NCBI GenBank assembly: GCA_051362555.1
Contig: CM120641.1
Location: 1,240,001-1,304,000, forward strand
Length of the DNA: 64,000 bases
Source of the DNA: Lingula anatina
Lineage: Eukaryota > Animalia > Brachiopoda
Direction: 5' to 3'
Shown here: in pieces, positions 14,055-25,600 of the stretch
How the letters are laid out: each line of letters opens with the position of its first letter
Position numbering within the stretch: the stretch's first letter is position 1
The notes under the pieces: generated by a model
The model's input: the letters and a program-made list of their open reading frames with translations, nothing else
What the model was told of the DNA's origin: nothing
Databases searched by the model: none
Program-made: the position numbers and the translations under genes

Positions 14055-14269
14055 GCTACTGATTTTTATCTTTAAACAAATTAGCTGAAGCCTAGACTGA
14101 AAATAAAGGTGAAAACTGACATTAGGCAAGACACTTTAGGGTGCCAATTCCCTCATGAACTATTTGACAAGTGTACCCACACATACCATCTCAGCAAGGG
14201 AAACTGTCACAGTCAAGGGAAGAAAAATTAGGATTAAAAAACATATCCCAAGGCTTAACCACACACATA

Positions 14270-14827
14270 GATCGCATTCACAACGAGTTGAGCCATGGCT
14301 TTACAAATCCTGGAACTAAATATGGCGGACATACATGAAAGAAAAACAGCCTAATCTTTTAATAGTCTCTCCACCTCTCACACGCCAACCCACACGTCGT
14401 CCCTGCGGGGGTACAGTCATTAAATCTCGGCTCCGTTCGCAATGCGGAAGCTACCTGAGAAATATTAAGTGTGCATGCTCATCAATTAAACTCGAGGTGG
14501 AGAAAGCATGGCGGCTGGAGGCGATCGAAGGAAAAAAGCTCTTCTGTTCTACTATCTTTCAAAACAGAGACGAAAAAAAGGAATGAATTGGCCCGTAGAG
14601 CAGCAATGAATCGACTATCTACGGAGATAATATCACCAGAGATATTCACGGAGATACCCAGCCCGAGATTTAATGAAACTGTACCCCCGCAGGGACGATG
14701 TGTGGGGAGGCGTGTGAGAGGTGGAGAGACTATTAAAAGATTAGGCGGTTTTTTTTTTTCATGTACGTCCGCCATATTTAGTTCCAGGATTTGTAAAGAC
14801 ATGGCTCAACTCGTTGTGAATGCGATC
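14270..14827. mobile_element. MITE with ~160-bp terminal inverted repeats
   Basis: GATCGCATTCACAACGAGTTGAGCCATG... / ...CATGGCTCAACTCGTTGTGAATGCGATC. ATA flanks both sides (candidate 3-bp TSD, as in PIF/Harbinger-type elements). Confidence 0.9.
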
Positions 14828-14957
14828 ATAGACAGATGACAACAGTATGTGAGTAAAAAAAATTAGTACAGTAACCTAAAATAGTATTTTGTTGTTGTTG
14901 TTTAATTAACTTACAAAAATCAGTATTTGACAAACAGGGCTACGATCCAAAGAATAA

Positions 14958-17900
14958 ACTAGAGGATCAGAGAGGCGATACCGCCTCCAAATATTGTACC
15001 ACCAGCTGGAGCAAACGCATTTGTATAGACCCCCACATACACAAAATTAGGGACACAGCCACCAGTTTTGTGCTTGACAAGCTGTAAAAATGCAATCAAC
15101 AAGAATTTTTTAACTATTGCAAAAAATATATATGGTACAATCAAATTTAAGTTCTTCGTAAGGTAGGTCAAGGGTCAATTTCAAGGTCACAGTAAATTGC
15201 CAGTATATGACTTCCTATTCAAGTTCAAGAGTAACTATGGACCTATCTCTGTCAAGTTTGAAGTTAAAAGAGAAAGAAATTAGCAGAGTTCAGTTCATGA
15301 TAAAAAGTAGGTCAAAGGTCAATTTCAAGGTCACACTTAGATTGCCAGTATAGGACTTCCTATTCAACTTCAATAGTAACTATGGACCTATCTCAGCCAG
15401 TTTTGGAGATAAAAGGGAAGCAAAATTTTCAAAATTCAGTTCATGGTGAAAAGTAGGTCAAAGGTCAATTTCAAGGTCACATTTAGATTGCCAGTATATG
15501 ACTTTCTATTCAAGTTCAATAGTAACTATGGACCTATCTCTGCCAGTTTTGGAGATAAAAGGGAAGCAAAATTTGCAAAGTTCAGTTTATGGTGAAAAGT
15601 AGGACAAAGGTCAATTTTAATGTCACATTTATAATGCCAGTATATGACTTCCTATTCAAGTTCAATAGTAACTACGGACCTATCACAGCCAGTTTTGGAG
15701 ATAAAAAGAAAGCAAAATTTGCAAAATTCAGTTCATGGTGTAAAGTAGGTCAAAGGTCAATTTTAAGGTCACATTTAGATTGCCAGTATATGACTTCCTT
15801 TTCAAGTTCAACAGTAACTATAGACCTATCTCAGCCAGTTTTGGAGATAAAAGGGAAGCAAAATTTGCAAAATTCAGTTCATGGTGTAAAGTAGGTCAAA
15901 GGTCAATTTAAAGGTCACATTTAGATTGTCAGTATATGACTTCCTTTTCAAGTTCAATAGTAACTATGGACCTATCTCTGCCAGTTTTGGAGATAAAAGG
16001 GCAGAAAAGTTTGCAAAGTTCAGTTCATGGTAAAAAGTAGGTCAAAGGTCAATTTCAAGGTCACATTTAGATTGCCAGTATATGACTTCCTATTCAACTT
16101 CAATAGTAACTATAGACCTATCTCAGCCAGTTTTGGAGATAAAAGGGAAGCAAAATTTGCAATATTCAGTTCATGGTATAAAGTAGGTCAAAGGTCAATT
16201 TTAAGGTCACATTTAGATTGCCAGTATATGACTTCCTTTTCAAGTTCAATAGTAACTATGGACCTATCTCTGCCAGTTTTGGAGATAAAAGGGCAGAAAA
16301 GTTTGCAAAGTTCAGTTCATGGTGAAAAGTAGGTCAAAGGTCAATTTCAAGGTCACATTTAGATTGCCAGTATATGACTTCCTATTCAAGTTCAATAGTA
16401 ACTATGGACCTATCTCTGCCAGTTTTGGAGATAAAAGGGAAGCAAAATTTGCAAAGTTCAGTTTATGGTGAAAAGTAGGTCAAAGGTCAATTTTAAGGTC
16501 ACATTTAGATTGCCAGTATATGACTTCCTATTCAAGTTCAATAGTAACTACGGACCTATCTCAGCCAGTTTTGGAGATAAAAGGAAAGCAAAATTTGCAA
16601 AATTCAGTTCATGGTGAAAAGTAGGTCAAAGGTCAATTTTAAGGTCACATTTAGATTGCCAGTATATGACTTCCTATTCAAGTTCAATAGTAACTATGGA
16701 CCTATCTCTGCCAGTTTTGGAGATAAAAGGGAAGCAAATTTTGCAAAGTTCAGTTTATGGTGAAAAGTAGGTCAAAGGTCAATTTTAAGGTCACATTTAG
16801 ATTGCCAGTATATGACTTTCTATTCAATTCAATAGTAACTACGGACCTATCTCAGCCAGTTTTGGAGATAAAAGGAAAGCAAAATTTGCAAAATTCAGTT
16901 CATGGTGAAAAGTAGGTCAAAGGTCAATTTTAAGGTCACATTTAGATTGCCAGTATATGACTTCCTATTCAAGTTCAATAGTAACTATGGACCTATCTCT
17001 GCCAGTTTTGGAGATAAAAGGGAAGAAAAATTTGCAAAGTTCAGTTCATGGTGAAAAGTAGGTCAAAGGTCAATTTCAAGGTCATAGTAAGATTGCCAGT
17101 ATATGACTTCCTATTCAACTTCAATAGTAACTATGGACCTATCTCTGCCAGTTTTGGAGATATAAGGGACTAGATGTTATAATTTTGGAGTTACCATAAT
17201 GTGCCTTAAATTTCGTACAGAAAAAATTAATTAAAATAAAGAAAATGTCATTTTGGTCAAAATTCTTGAAATAGGAGGTGCTCTGAAGTTTCAGAAGTTC
17301 AAATTTGATTAAATAATGTCATTTTTGAACACAAGTTGTCTGCTTTGCCAAGCCTTATGTTTTATTTTTCCAGAGTTCAAAATTTATTATCCATTACCGT
17401 ACTGCACATTTTGCTTTTACCACCAATATGTACTTTTTGATACAGCGTAACTCGAAAACCGTATGGAATACAAAAAAACCGAGACCACCTCCAGTGTTGG
17501 GCTTTACATGCTCTACAAAATGCAAAAAAGAATGGGTCTCTAGCATTAACGGTTCCCAAATTAGAGACAGTTTTCAGTTTCGGTATCTTATGGCCGCTAC
17601 TCCCGTGAAAATGCACCGATTGACCCCAAATTCATGGAGATGAAAGATGACCTGAAGGGTAACACTTTCCAATAATATTATTGGTTAAGTCTGTGTGGTG
17701 TCTGAATAACAGGGAAAAAAAAATTTTTTTCGTAAAAAATTTCATTTTTTTGAAAATTTTGGCCCATTTGACCTTGAAGTAGAGGTCAAAGGTCAAATCC
17801 AAGGGTATATTTGAAATCTACACATATGACTTTTGGAAAGCCGTCTATAGAAATTTTTCCCATAACTCCTTCCGTAGGGTAGATAATTAGCATTTAATTT

Positions 17901-18176
17901 TGCCATTTTTAGACAAGGGTGCATTGCAATGATTGCCACACCCAGACCCCAATACCGACAAAGCCCAAATTTTACGTGGAACGAGTTGAGATTATAGGTG
18001 ACCTAAATCCATGAGATGGGTACGGGGGCCCTTACCGTCTAGGAGGAGAAGCGGTAACGGTAGCCGTCCGGCGGAGCCAACGGAGCCGGCGGAGCCGGCG
18101 GAGCCGGCGGAGCCGGCGGAACGATCCGGACGGGACCGAAACCATGTGTACCGCCAGCGCTAACGCTGGTGGTACA
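14958..18176 (-). mobile_element. Helentron-type non-autonomous element (HINE), copy 1, with internal 146-bp satellite
   Basis: On the minus strand: 5' subTIR TGTACCACCAGC with adjacent IR, a 10-bp microrepeat, a unique body, the tandem array, 3' subTIR GCTGGTGGTACA, hairpin GAGGCG-GTAT-CGCCTC and a CTAG(T) end. The same architecture occurs at 34949 and 59385. Confidence 0.88.
15160..17165. repeat. Tandem array, about 14 units of 146 bp
   Basis: GTAGGTCA-type anchor at 15307, 15453, 15599 ... 16621, 16767, 16912, 17058. Confidence 0.97.
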
Positions 18177-18529
18177 ATAATAGTACCAATTATATACTTT
18201 TCTAAAGATCTCTCAAGATTCTACGGAAGTTGAAAACAAGTCCGATAGATGTTCCATTCATTGTCGCCAAATGTGGGTGTCACAGTCACTGATTCATTCA
18301 TTCACGCTTTGACGCTAGTTCTAAATCTCACTACAACTCTCTTAGGTTTGAGAAAAAGACTCAGATGTTTACTTCACATCCACTTTCATCATATAAAATA
18401 ATTTATCTCACCTGTAAGAGTAAATCAAATCATTTGTATTTTGACTGTGCCGAATGTTTTCATAGCGCCTAAAACCGCAAGGGCATGTGTAAGTTTCTCC
18501 TAGTGTTGCCACTGAGACGGTGTGAAGTA

Positions 18530-18670
18530 ATTCTGGAGGCTGATTGGCCAAAATTTGTTGCGCATGCGTGAAAATGAAAATAATGTAAACTTCCGGAGTG
18601 CAAGATTTGAAATGGATGAATGAGATGTCTCGATATATCTGTGATTTAAACTGTGGTACACGTGAGCTGG
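18530..18670. promoter_or_regulatory. Probable bidirectional housekeeping promoter
   Basis: Inverted CCAAT (GATTGG, about 18542), NRF1-like GCGCATGCG (about 18560), ETS-like ACTTCCGG (about 18589) and E-box CACGTG (about 18659), directly upstream of the SDCCAG8 ATG. A minus-strand donor CAG/GTGAG at about 18411 suggests a divergent first exon. Confidence 0.55.
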
Positions 18671-18702
18671 CACCTTAATCAGGGAAGTATGATATAAGTA
18701 AA

Positions 18703-21700
18703 ATGCAGGCGTTTGAAGATGTTGATTTTGATGAGTCCTTTGGAGAATATCAGCATTCGTTGAAAGGTACGCATACACCAAACAAAACGCTTTCACTATC
18801 GATTCAACTTAAACTTCTACTATTTACTAGTGCACTTTACTAAGCCTCTTCCAGTACTGATATACAATTAATTATAAACCCAAATTATAGGTTACAATAA
18901 AAAAGCATACCAACAAGAAAGAAGCTTGATGATCCGACCATGTTTGGTCGATGAATATCAGATATGCTTAATTAACTCTAGTACGTGTAATATGAAAAAC
19001 AGTGCAGAATGGTGATGTTTTGTCAATCAGATTTATTGAAACTCATTTCATCCTTGCAACATGCCATCAACTAATATGCAGGCTTGACAATCTGAGGAAC
19101 TTTGCCCTGGAGGGCATTAACACCCCGTAATACTGAATTTAACAGGTCCATCTTCTAAATATTGAAAGATGAAGATGTACAAGCAACTTTGAAAGTTTCA
19201 TTACCATAAAGAATCATTAAAAGATTTCAATATTTTATTCAATTTATCATTCATAGAAAGAATCCATGTAAGCATGGAAGAGGTTAGACAGGCGTTAGAA
19301 AGCCCTGCCCCACCCAGCTCCAGGTCTGCGTCTCCGTCTTCTCCAAGAATGAGGTCATCTCCTCGCCACTCAGCCAAGAAAAAAACTGGCCTGGATCCAA
19401 GGACAAGGTCTTCCAGCAGTAGAGGCCCTAGAGGGCACGCCAGCCAGGAATCACATGAATATCCCCAGCGTCGACCTGGCAGTAGAAACAGCAGTGAAAA
19501 TGCAGAAAGAATCACAGGAAGACATTATCATCAGCAGCAGCCCCGCCATCGGCCACGTCAGGGAGGTCATCAGCTCAAGGGGAGGAAGCCAACATCAGGA
19601 TCTTCACGGTAATAACTGTACCAAAGATGAGTGAGGATGGCTGTTTTGATAATCTGTAGAGTTTTTTTACCAAAACTAGAGATCTGACAAATACAGATAT
19701 TTTTATTCACTCTTATATGGTTTGCTCATTATAACTTTTATAATTCACTCCACTCCACATTGATAACATTTATAGAAATTTTAGAAAATTATTATAAATC
19801 ACATTTTCATGTCATTTAGCAGGATTTCTGGTCCCAAGCAGCCATTCAATGACCTGAGTTATAAAGCTGCAGTGGACAGGCTTAGAGACATGCTGCAGCA
19901 GTATGATTCCACTCACAGCCCTCTCACACGACCAAAAACTGTTCACTTTGAGCCCAGTCAGGTGAGTAGATACACCCTGAGTTTCAGTGTCTTTTTGAGA
20001 ACTTACCTTTGTAACCAATACCCTTGATGCTGTTTCCAAACTCTTTGAATTCCATTTTTTTTAAACTTACTTTTAGAGGTCTGTGTTTATTTTGAACTTA
20101 ATTTTATCTGTGTTATTATAAATCTTTTAACTTTTAATTTTAATTACAACTTCAACCTTTTGGTTGCAATAATTTTGAATTAACTTTTTATTATTATTAA
20201 AATTTACAGATTTCACACCAGTTCATTCCTAGTCCAGTGTACAAAAAGTCAGATCTGCCAAGAGTGGAGGAAGTGGTACCAATAGTCCAACACCAGTCTA
20301 ATTATATCAAACAACTGGAAGCTGAAAGTCAATTTTGTAAAGTATGTTTTTTCTGGATTTGCTTGTAATTTAGAGTAAAAAATGAGTGAAGAGGAGATAT
20401 GAGAATGGGTTTGCTAACCTGAAAATGTTGCTGCTGTTTTGGTTGAATTTAAGAATCTATATACATTGCGGCAGTTGAGAAATTTCTGATTGTGATCTTG
20501 GTATTTCATGAATTGAAAGTGCCTGGAGAGAAGAAACAAATGTGGCCAAAAAGTTAATTTTGTTGATAATATAATTACTTGGATACATAACTTTGTTGAA
20601 ATTTTTGCAACAAAACATATTTTTCAGTCATAAGATTAATGACATGTTGTTTTACAGGGTGAAATAACTGCACTGAAAAAGCGTGTCGCAGAGGTGGTGG
20701 AGGAAAATAAGATGCTACAGGAGGAGCTGAAGTCTGTCATGTCCCAGAACATCCTAGCAGACAGTGACCAGGAGATTAAGGTAGAAAACGTAAAAACTGC
20801 TCACTCCAGGGGTGGATTCAGAGATATTTTCTGACAGTCTTCCAAATTATCTTTGTTGATCCATCCTTCATTTTTCTGTCTTCTGACAGAAATAAGTAGA
20901 TGTCAGTCAATGTAAAACTTGAAAAATTCTGACCGTCTTCTGGAAGACCCAGAAGATGACCACGATCTGCCCCTACACTCCTTATAAGTAACATCATCCG
21001 TGTCACCTCAGAAAATATGTCTCCAGTAAGATGTATATTGTCACAACTAATCTGTGATATCTGGTTTTATTTTTTTTTTAACAGATATTTTATACAAAAA
21101 AAGAAAAATGCAATTCAGAGTTAATTTATTCAGTATTTAAGGTCTCCTCCCCAGTGGTGCATCACAATAAAATTATTTTAGTTATGAGGCAAGAGGAAAA
21201 TAATAAATGCATTTTGTATTTAATAACAATGATAAATACAAAGTTTATGTGTATATTAAATGATCAAACAAATTATCTCTTGCATGTGCTATTATCATAC
21301 ATCATTAGGTAATTAGGTTTCCCTATACCATTTAACAAATCAGATATACGAGCAAAAATGTTCAGTAGCTTGGTAGTTGGATCATAGATGAAAATTATCA
21401 AACACAAGCTGAGAAATGTTACATATTATTAGCTTATGGCCAACCTGGACGTAGGCCTGCATCACACTCACGTGATTAGATGTTGATTTCAACATCAACA
21501 TTGATATCAACATCTACTCATGTCAACATCAACATTCATATCACTGATGTGGTTTTCTCTGTATTACAGCAAAGTTGCTAAGATGACTGGAAAATAGAAA
21601 AAACTGTTATCTTTTTGATTAATTGATATTTTTAGGGCCTAATAACAAGTGCAGTCATTTTATGTCTACATTATATGTTACAGTCTTCTTATCTATTGGG

Positions 21701-22598
21701 CAGGGAATTTTTTAAGTATCAGTTCTTATACTTGAAAGCATGACAAAAATGAAGGTACATAATAGAAAGAAAAGAAGCCCATTCCAGTCATTAACAGGAC
21801 TTGCTGGAATTTCACAAGTTTTCTTCAGTTTCAAAGTCAGCTCCTGATTTTGTTTCTTTAATGTTTCACATTGTTGGGCAAGCTCTTGCACCTCTTTTAT
21901 CTGGTGTGTATATCCCTCGTTCAGATCCAGGAGCCTGCACGACGTGTGCTCTTCTCTCCCCGTGCAAAGGATGCAGAGACATATACCATGATTGAAGCAA
22001 AAATAGACAACATTTTCTCGTGGATGAAAGGAGCATTTTGTACCTTGAGGCTGGATATCTTTGGTCTTGTGAGGTACTTTCACATTTAACTTTCTATGTG
22101 CTTGCAGATGTAAGGAGCAGAGGAATTTAACAGGTTTACATGTGATGCAGTAACTAGTAGCTGTCACCACTGTTTCATCAGAATCCCAGCAAAAATCACA
22201 CCTTTGTTCGCTTTTGTTCATTTCTTTCACATAGTCTTGGATTTTAGGTGCTACAAAATACCTAGGGAAAGCATCTACCCCTTGCCTTGGCAAAGTGGTC
22301 TTCTTTCTGCATAATGGGCAGGAAAAACTTTGACCAAATGCCGCCCTTCTCACATGATCCTTCAAACATTTCTTACAAAATGGATGCAGACAGGGCAGTC
22401 CTATGGGTTCTGTAAATGCTTCTAAGCATATTGAACATGTCAGTAGATCTAGATCTATGTCACCAGAGGTCTGCTCCTTGGGTCTTGCTCCTTTGCTGTG
22501 TGCCATCAGTCCTGAAAAAAATGTGTTCTCTTTCACCATTAAGCAGGTCAGTTGATTGGATGGTAATTGGAAGAATTACTTGGCCCAGAACCCATCAT

Positions 22599-22637
<39 letters not shown>

Positions 22638-25600
22638 TATGTCTGTCAGTTGTTTTTTACAAGCAAGTCTAGTGAGTCAAGCAAGGTGAAGAAGTTAAGC
22701 TTTTGCAGTGCACCCCACCCCCACATCATTTCCCAATATCATGTATCCACCAGGTAGACATGATACTGGAGGAAGTGAAGAATGAAACCTTTCACCAAAT
22801 GAGAAAACTCATCTTATATTTACCTACTGCTGCTAACTATCATTATATCTACATTTATCCTGACAGTGCTTCAAAGATTTAATTTTCAAACCATTCTATA
22901 CTACCTACACAAACAAAGATCTATTTTACTTGAAAGTGTACTCTCCACATGACAATTTGACTGTTTGTTTTTGATATTTTCTGCAGTATAACATGTGATC
23001 ATTGTCATGCTGTACCTACCTGGATGTGGTCTAACATGGATCAGCAGCAGCCACATTCAAGACCCACTCAAACCTTATTAAAGTTTGAGTTTTCAAATAA
23101 AACAAACAGCCAGTAACTTACTTTCGGTTTAACAGTCAGGTTAAATTTTCACTCTGAAATATAGTTGGTAAACAGTCTGGTATGTGAATGTCAACTTATC
23201 AGTGATAAAACGGATATTTAGTATGCCTCAATATATATCAGTCTGATAAGACTACAACATATTGCATATCATGATAAGACTTCAGCATGTTATAGGTAAT
23301 TTATGGTATATTCAGGGCTATTATATAGGGCAGTCATCCTTTTTGTTCCCCGGGGTTCAGCAGTCATCGCCTGGGAACTAGCAATCAACCCTTGGGGTTT
23401 AGGAATCATCCCCTGGGGCTCAGTAACCATCCCCTGGGTTCAGAAATAATCGCCTAGGGTTCAGGAATCATCCCCTTGGGCTCAGGAATCATCCCCTGGG
23501 GCTCAGCAGTCATTTGATAAGGCCCAGCAATCATGCAAGCATCAAATGTAATTTTTGTGGTCATAAAATTATGTATCTGATTGAGTAATTACCATATTTT
23601 CTTCTGCAAAGGATATGATCATATGCTGGTTCAAGTTCTTTATATAGGCTTTTTTATTTATGCAAATTATTGAAATATAGACGCTATTTGTTGAAATTAG
23701 ATTTAACAGTGCATTGCCTTTATATCCTGGTCTGAAATTACAGAGAACTGAATTTGCTGTAAGATATTTTCCATTAAAATATCATTACTTTTCACAAAGT
23801 TATTTTTTATGATCATAATATTTTATTAACATAAACAACAATGATTACTACACTTAGCCAGAGGATAATGATTTTGTGGCTACTAAGTATAATTATTTAT
23901 TTATTTGTGACAGCAATCAACACATACCAGAGGGCAGCACTCGCAGTTTATTAACATTGTTTATAAAAATGATCTCAGTACAGCTTGATCTACGTGAGTT
24001 GATTGTAAAGTGGTTGTATTATCCAAAACGTTCTTAGTAGTTACACCCATATTAGGATGTCAGATAGATCTATTGCTTCTTTGTATGAATGGCTGCAGAA
24101 TGGCAAAATTGCAGAATAATGTTTTTAAAATGCTCCCAGGTAAAAGCTAGCAATTCAGTAAAATTGTGTAATTAGAATGCTGTCTTCTATGAAACAGTTT
24201 GTTTCAGGTGAAAGGTCACATATATATTGCACACTGAAAAGTAAAAACAATTAATAATAAGTTTTTATCACCAAAGCATGATACATATCATAACACAGGT
24301 GAGAACTAGAGCAAAGCACATTCCTGCCAGGTTGTCAATGTCTTCCCTGTCCTCAACTTTGTCATACTGTCCAGGTATGCTGAAACAAGTGGACCAAATG
24401 TCCCCCCTCTTGGCAAACTGCTCCTGCATGCTGTCTATGACATTCTGAGCGGTCTCCAGTTCTATTTCTTTCACTGTGAGTGCCCGTTTGAAGTCTGTCA
24501 GTATGCAGCTCTGATGGTATCCATCGTCCGAGATACACTGCATGCACACGCAGCATTTATGGCGACTGCAATAGGCAACCACATGGTTTTGACGGTGGTC
24601 TTCACATGCGATGTAAAATGCATCAGCGTCAAGATTCTCCTCGTCACTGGAAATGTCAATTTCGTTAGTTATTACGTTATCTGCCCATTGTTGTTGTTGT
24701 TGTTGTTCTTGAATTATTTGCTGTAAAGGTTGTTGTTGGTGATGGCGGCCATGTTGTCTATATCTTTTGTAAGGCCCAGTGACCATATCCCCAGTGACAG
24801 ATGCTTGAGTTGTGTATAAACTCATAGCTATCCTATGCAGCATCAGTTAAACCTTGTTTATTAATAACTAGTTGCTTAAGAACTTGATATATTTACCTGA
24901 GCTATTTACTTTGAAAAATTCTACTTATGATGGATTATGAGGTTTGATATATTTCTGTTCATTTAAATGTTCCAGAGTCAGTGTACCTTTACAGTAACAT
25001 TGACGTGCATGCTATCGATTCTTTTACTCCTGACCATCTTTGATACTTTTCATAACTGTTTTTGTCCTATCTTTTGATGCACTTCCAAGATTTTTCTTGA
25101 TTAGTAATCATCATTTTATACATGGTTTAATAAACAAAGTGTACATAAGTCTCATAGTCTCCAGGATTCCTTAAATTTTCTAGATTATCCTAATTCTCAA
25201 CAGTTATTTATCCAGAATAGGTGTTAAATAGTCCATGTCCAGAATTGAAAGGTTCCAGCAATCCCTGTGATACACTGCCTTGTCCTAGAACTATCAGAAT
25301 AAAGTCCTTAAATTCATTCTGTATTTTAACTGTGATAGATAGTAGTATTTGTAGGTAGCCACCACAACTGAAGCAGCTGTTCAAATGCAGCATTGGCACT
25401 GTATGTGCTGCAGATGTAGCTGTATTATGCTGATGAATACTTTATACTGTATAGGGGCTGGTTCATATTATTTCAACTTGCTCATTATAGCCAGCGTAAT
25501 GTTAATTTATACAAGTGACAGGTGGATTTTAGTGTATGAGTACCAATAAAAAATATATGTAAAGTGTAATTTTAGGTTGCATTTATTATTGCCTATATGC

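Noticed and set aside
15589-16332. Repeated 101-aa ORFs (also at 36510 and 61349)
   Set aside because: Translations of the 146-bp satellite (offset 438 = 3 x 146); not genes
15160-17165. CRISPR-like regular array
   Set aside because: Head-to-tail tandem monomers without unique spacers, no cas genes, eukaryotic context
17377-17643. Short ORFs recurring three times (also at 37511 and 59897)
   Set aside because: They recur only because they lie in the HINE body; no domain motifs, and they overlap on both strands
19274-19612. Stand-alone 112-aa Arg/Ser-rich protein
   Set aside because: It is exon 2 of SDCCAG8
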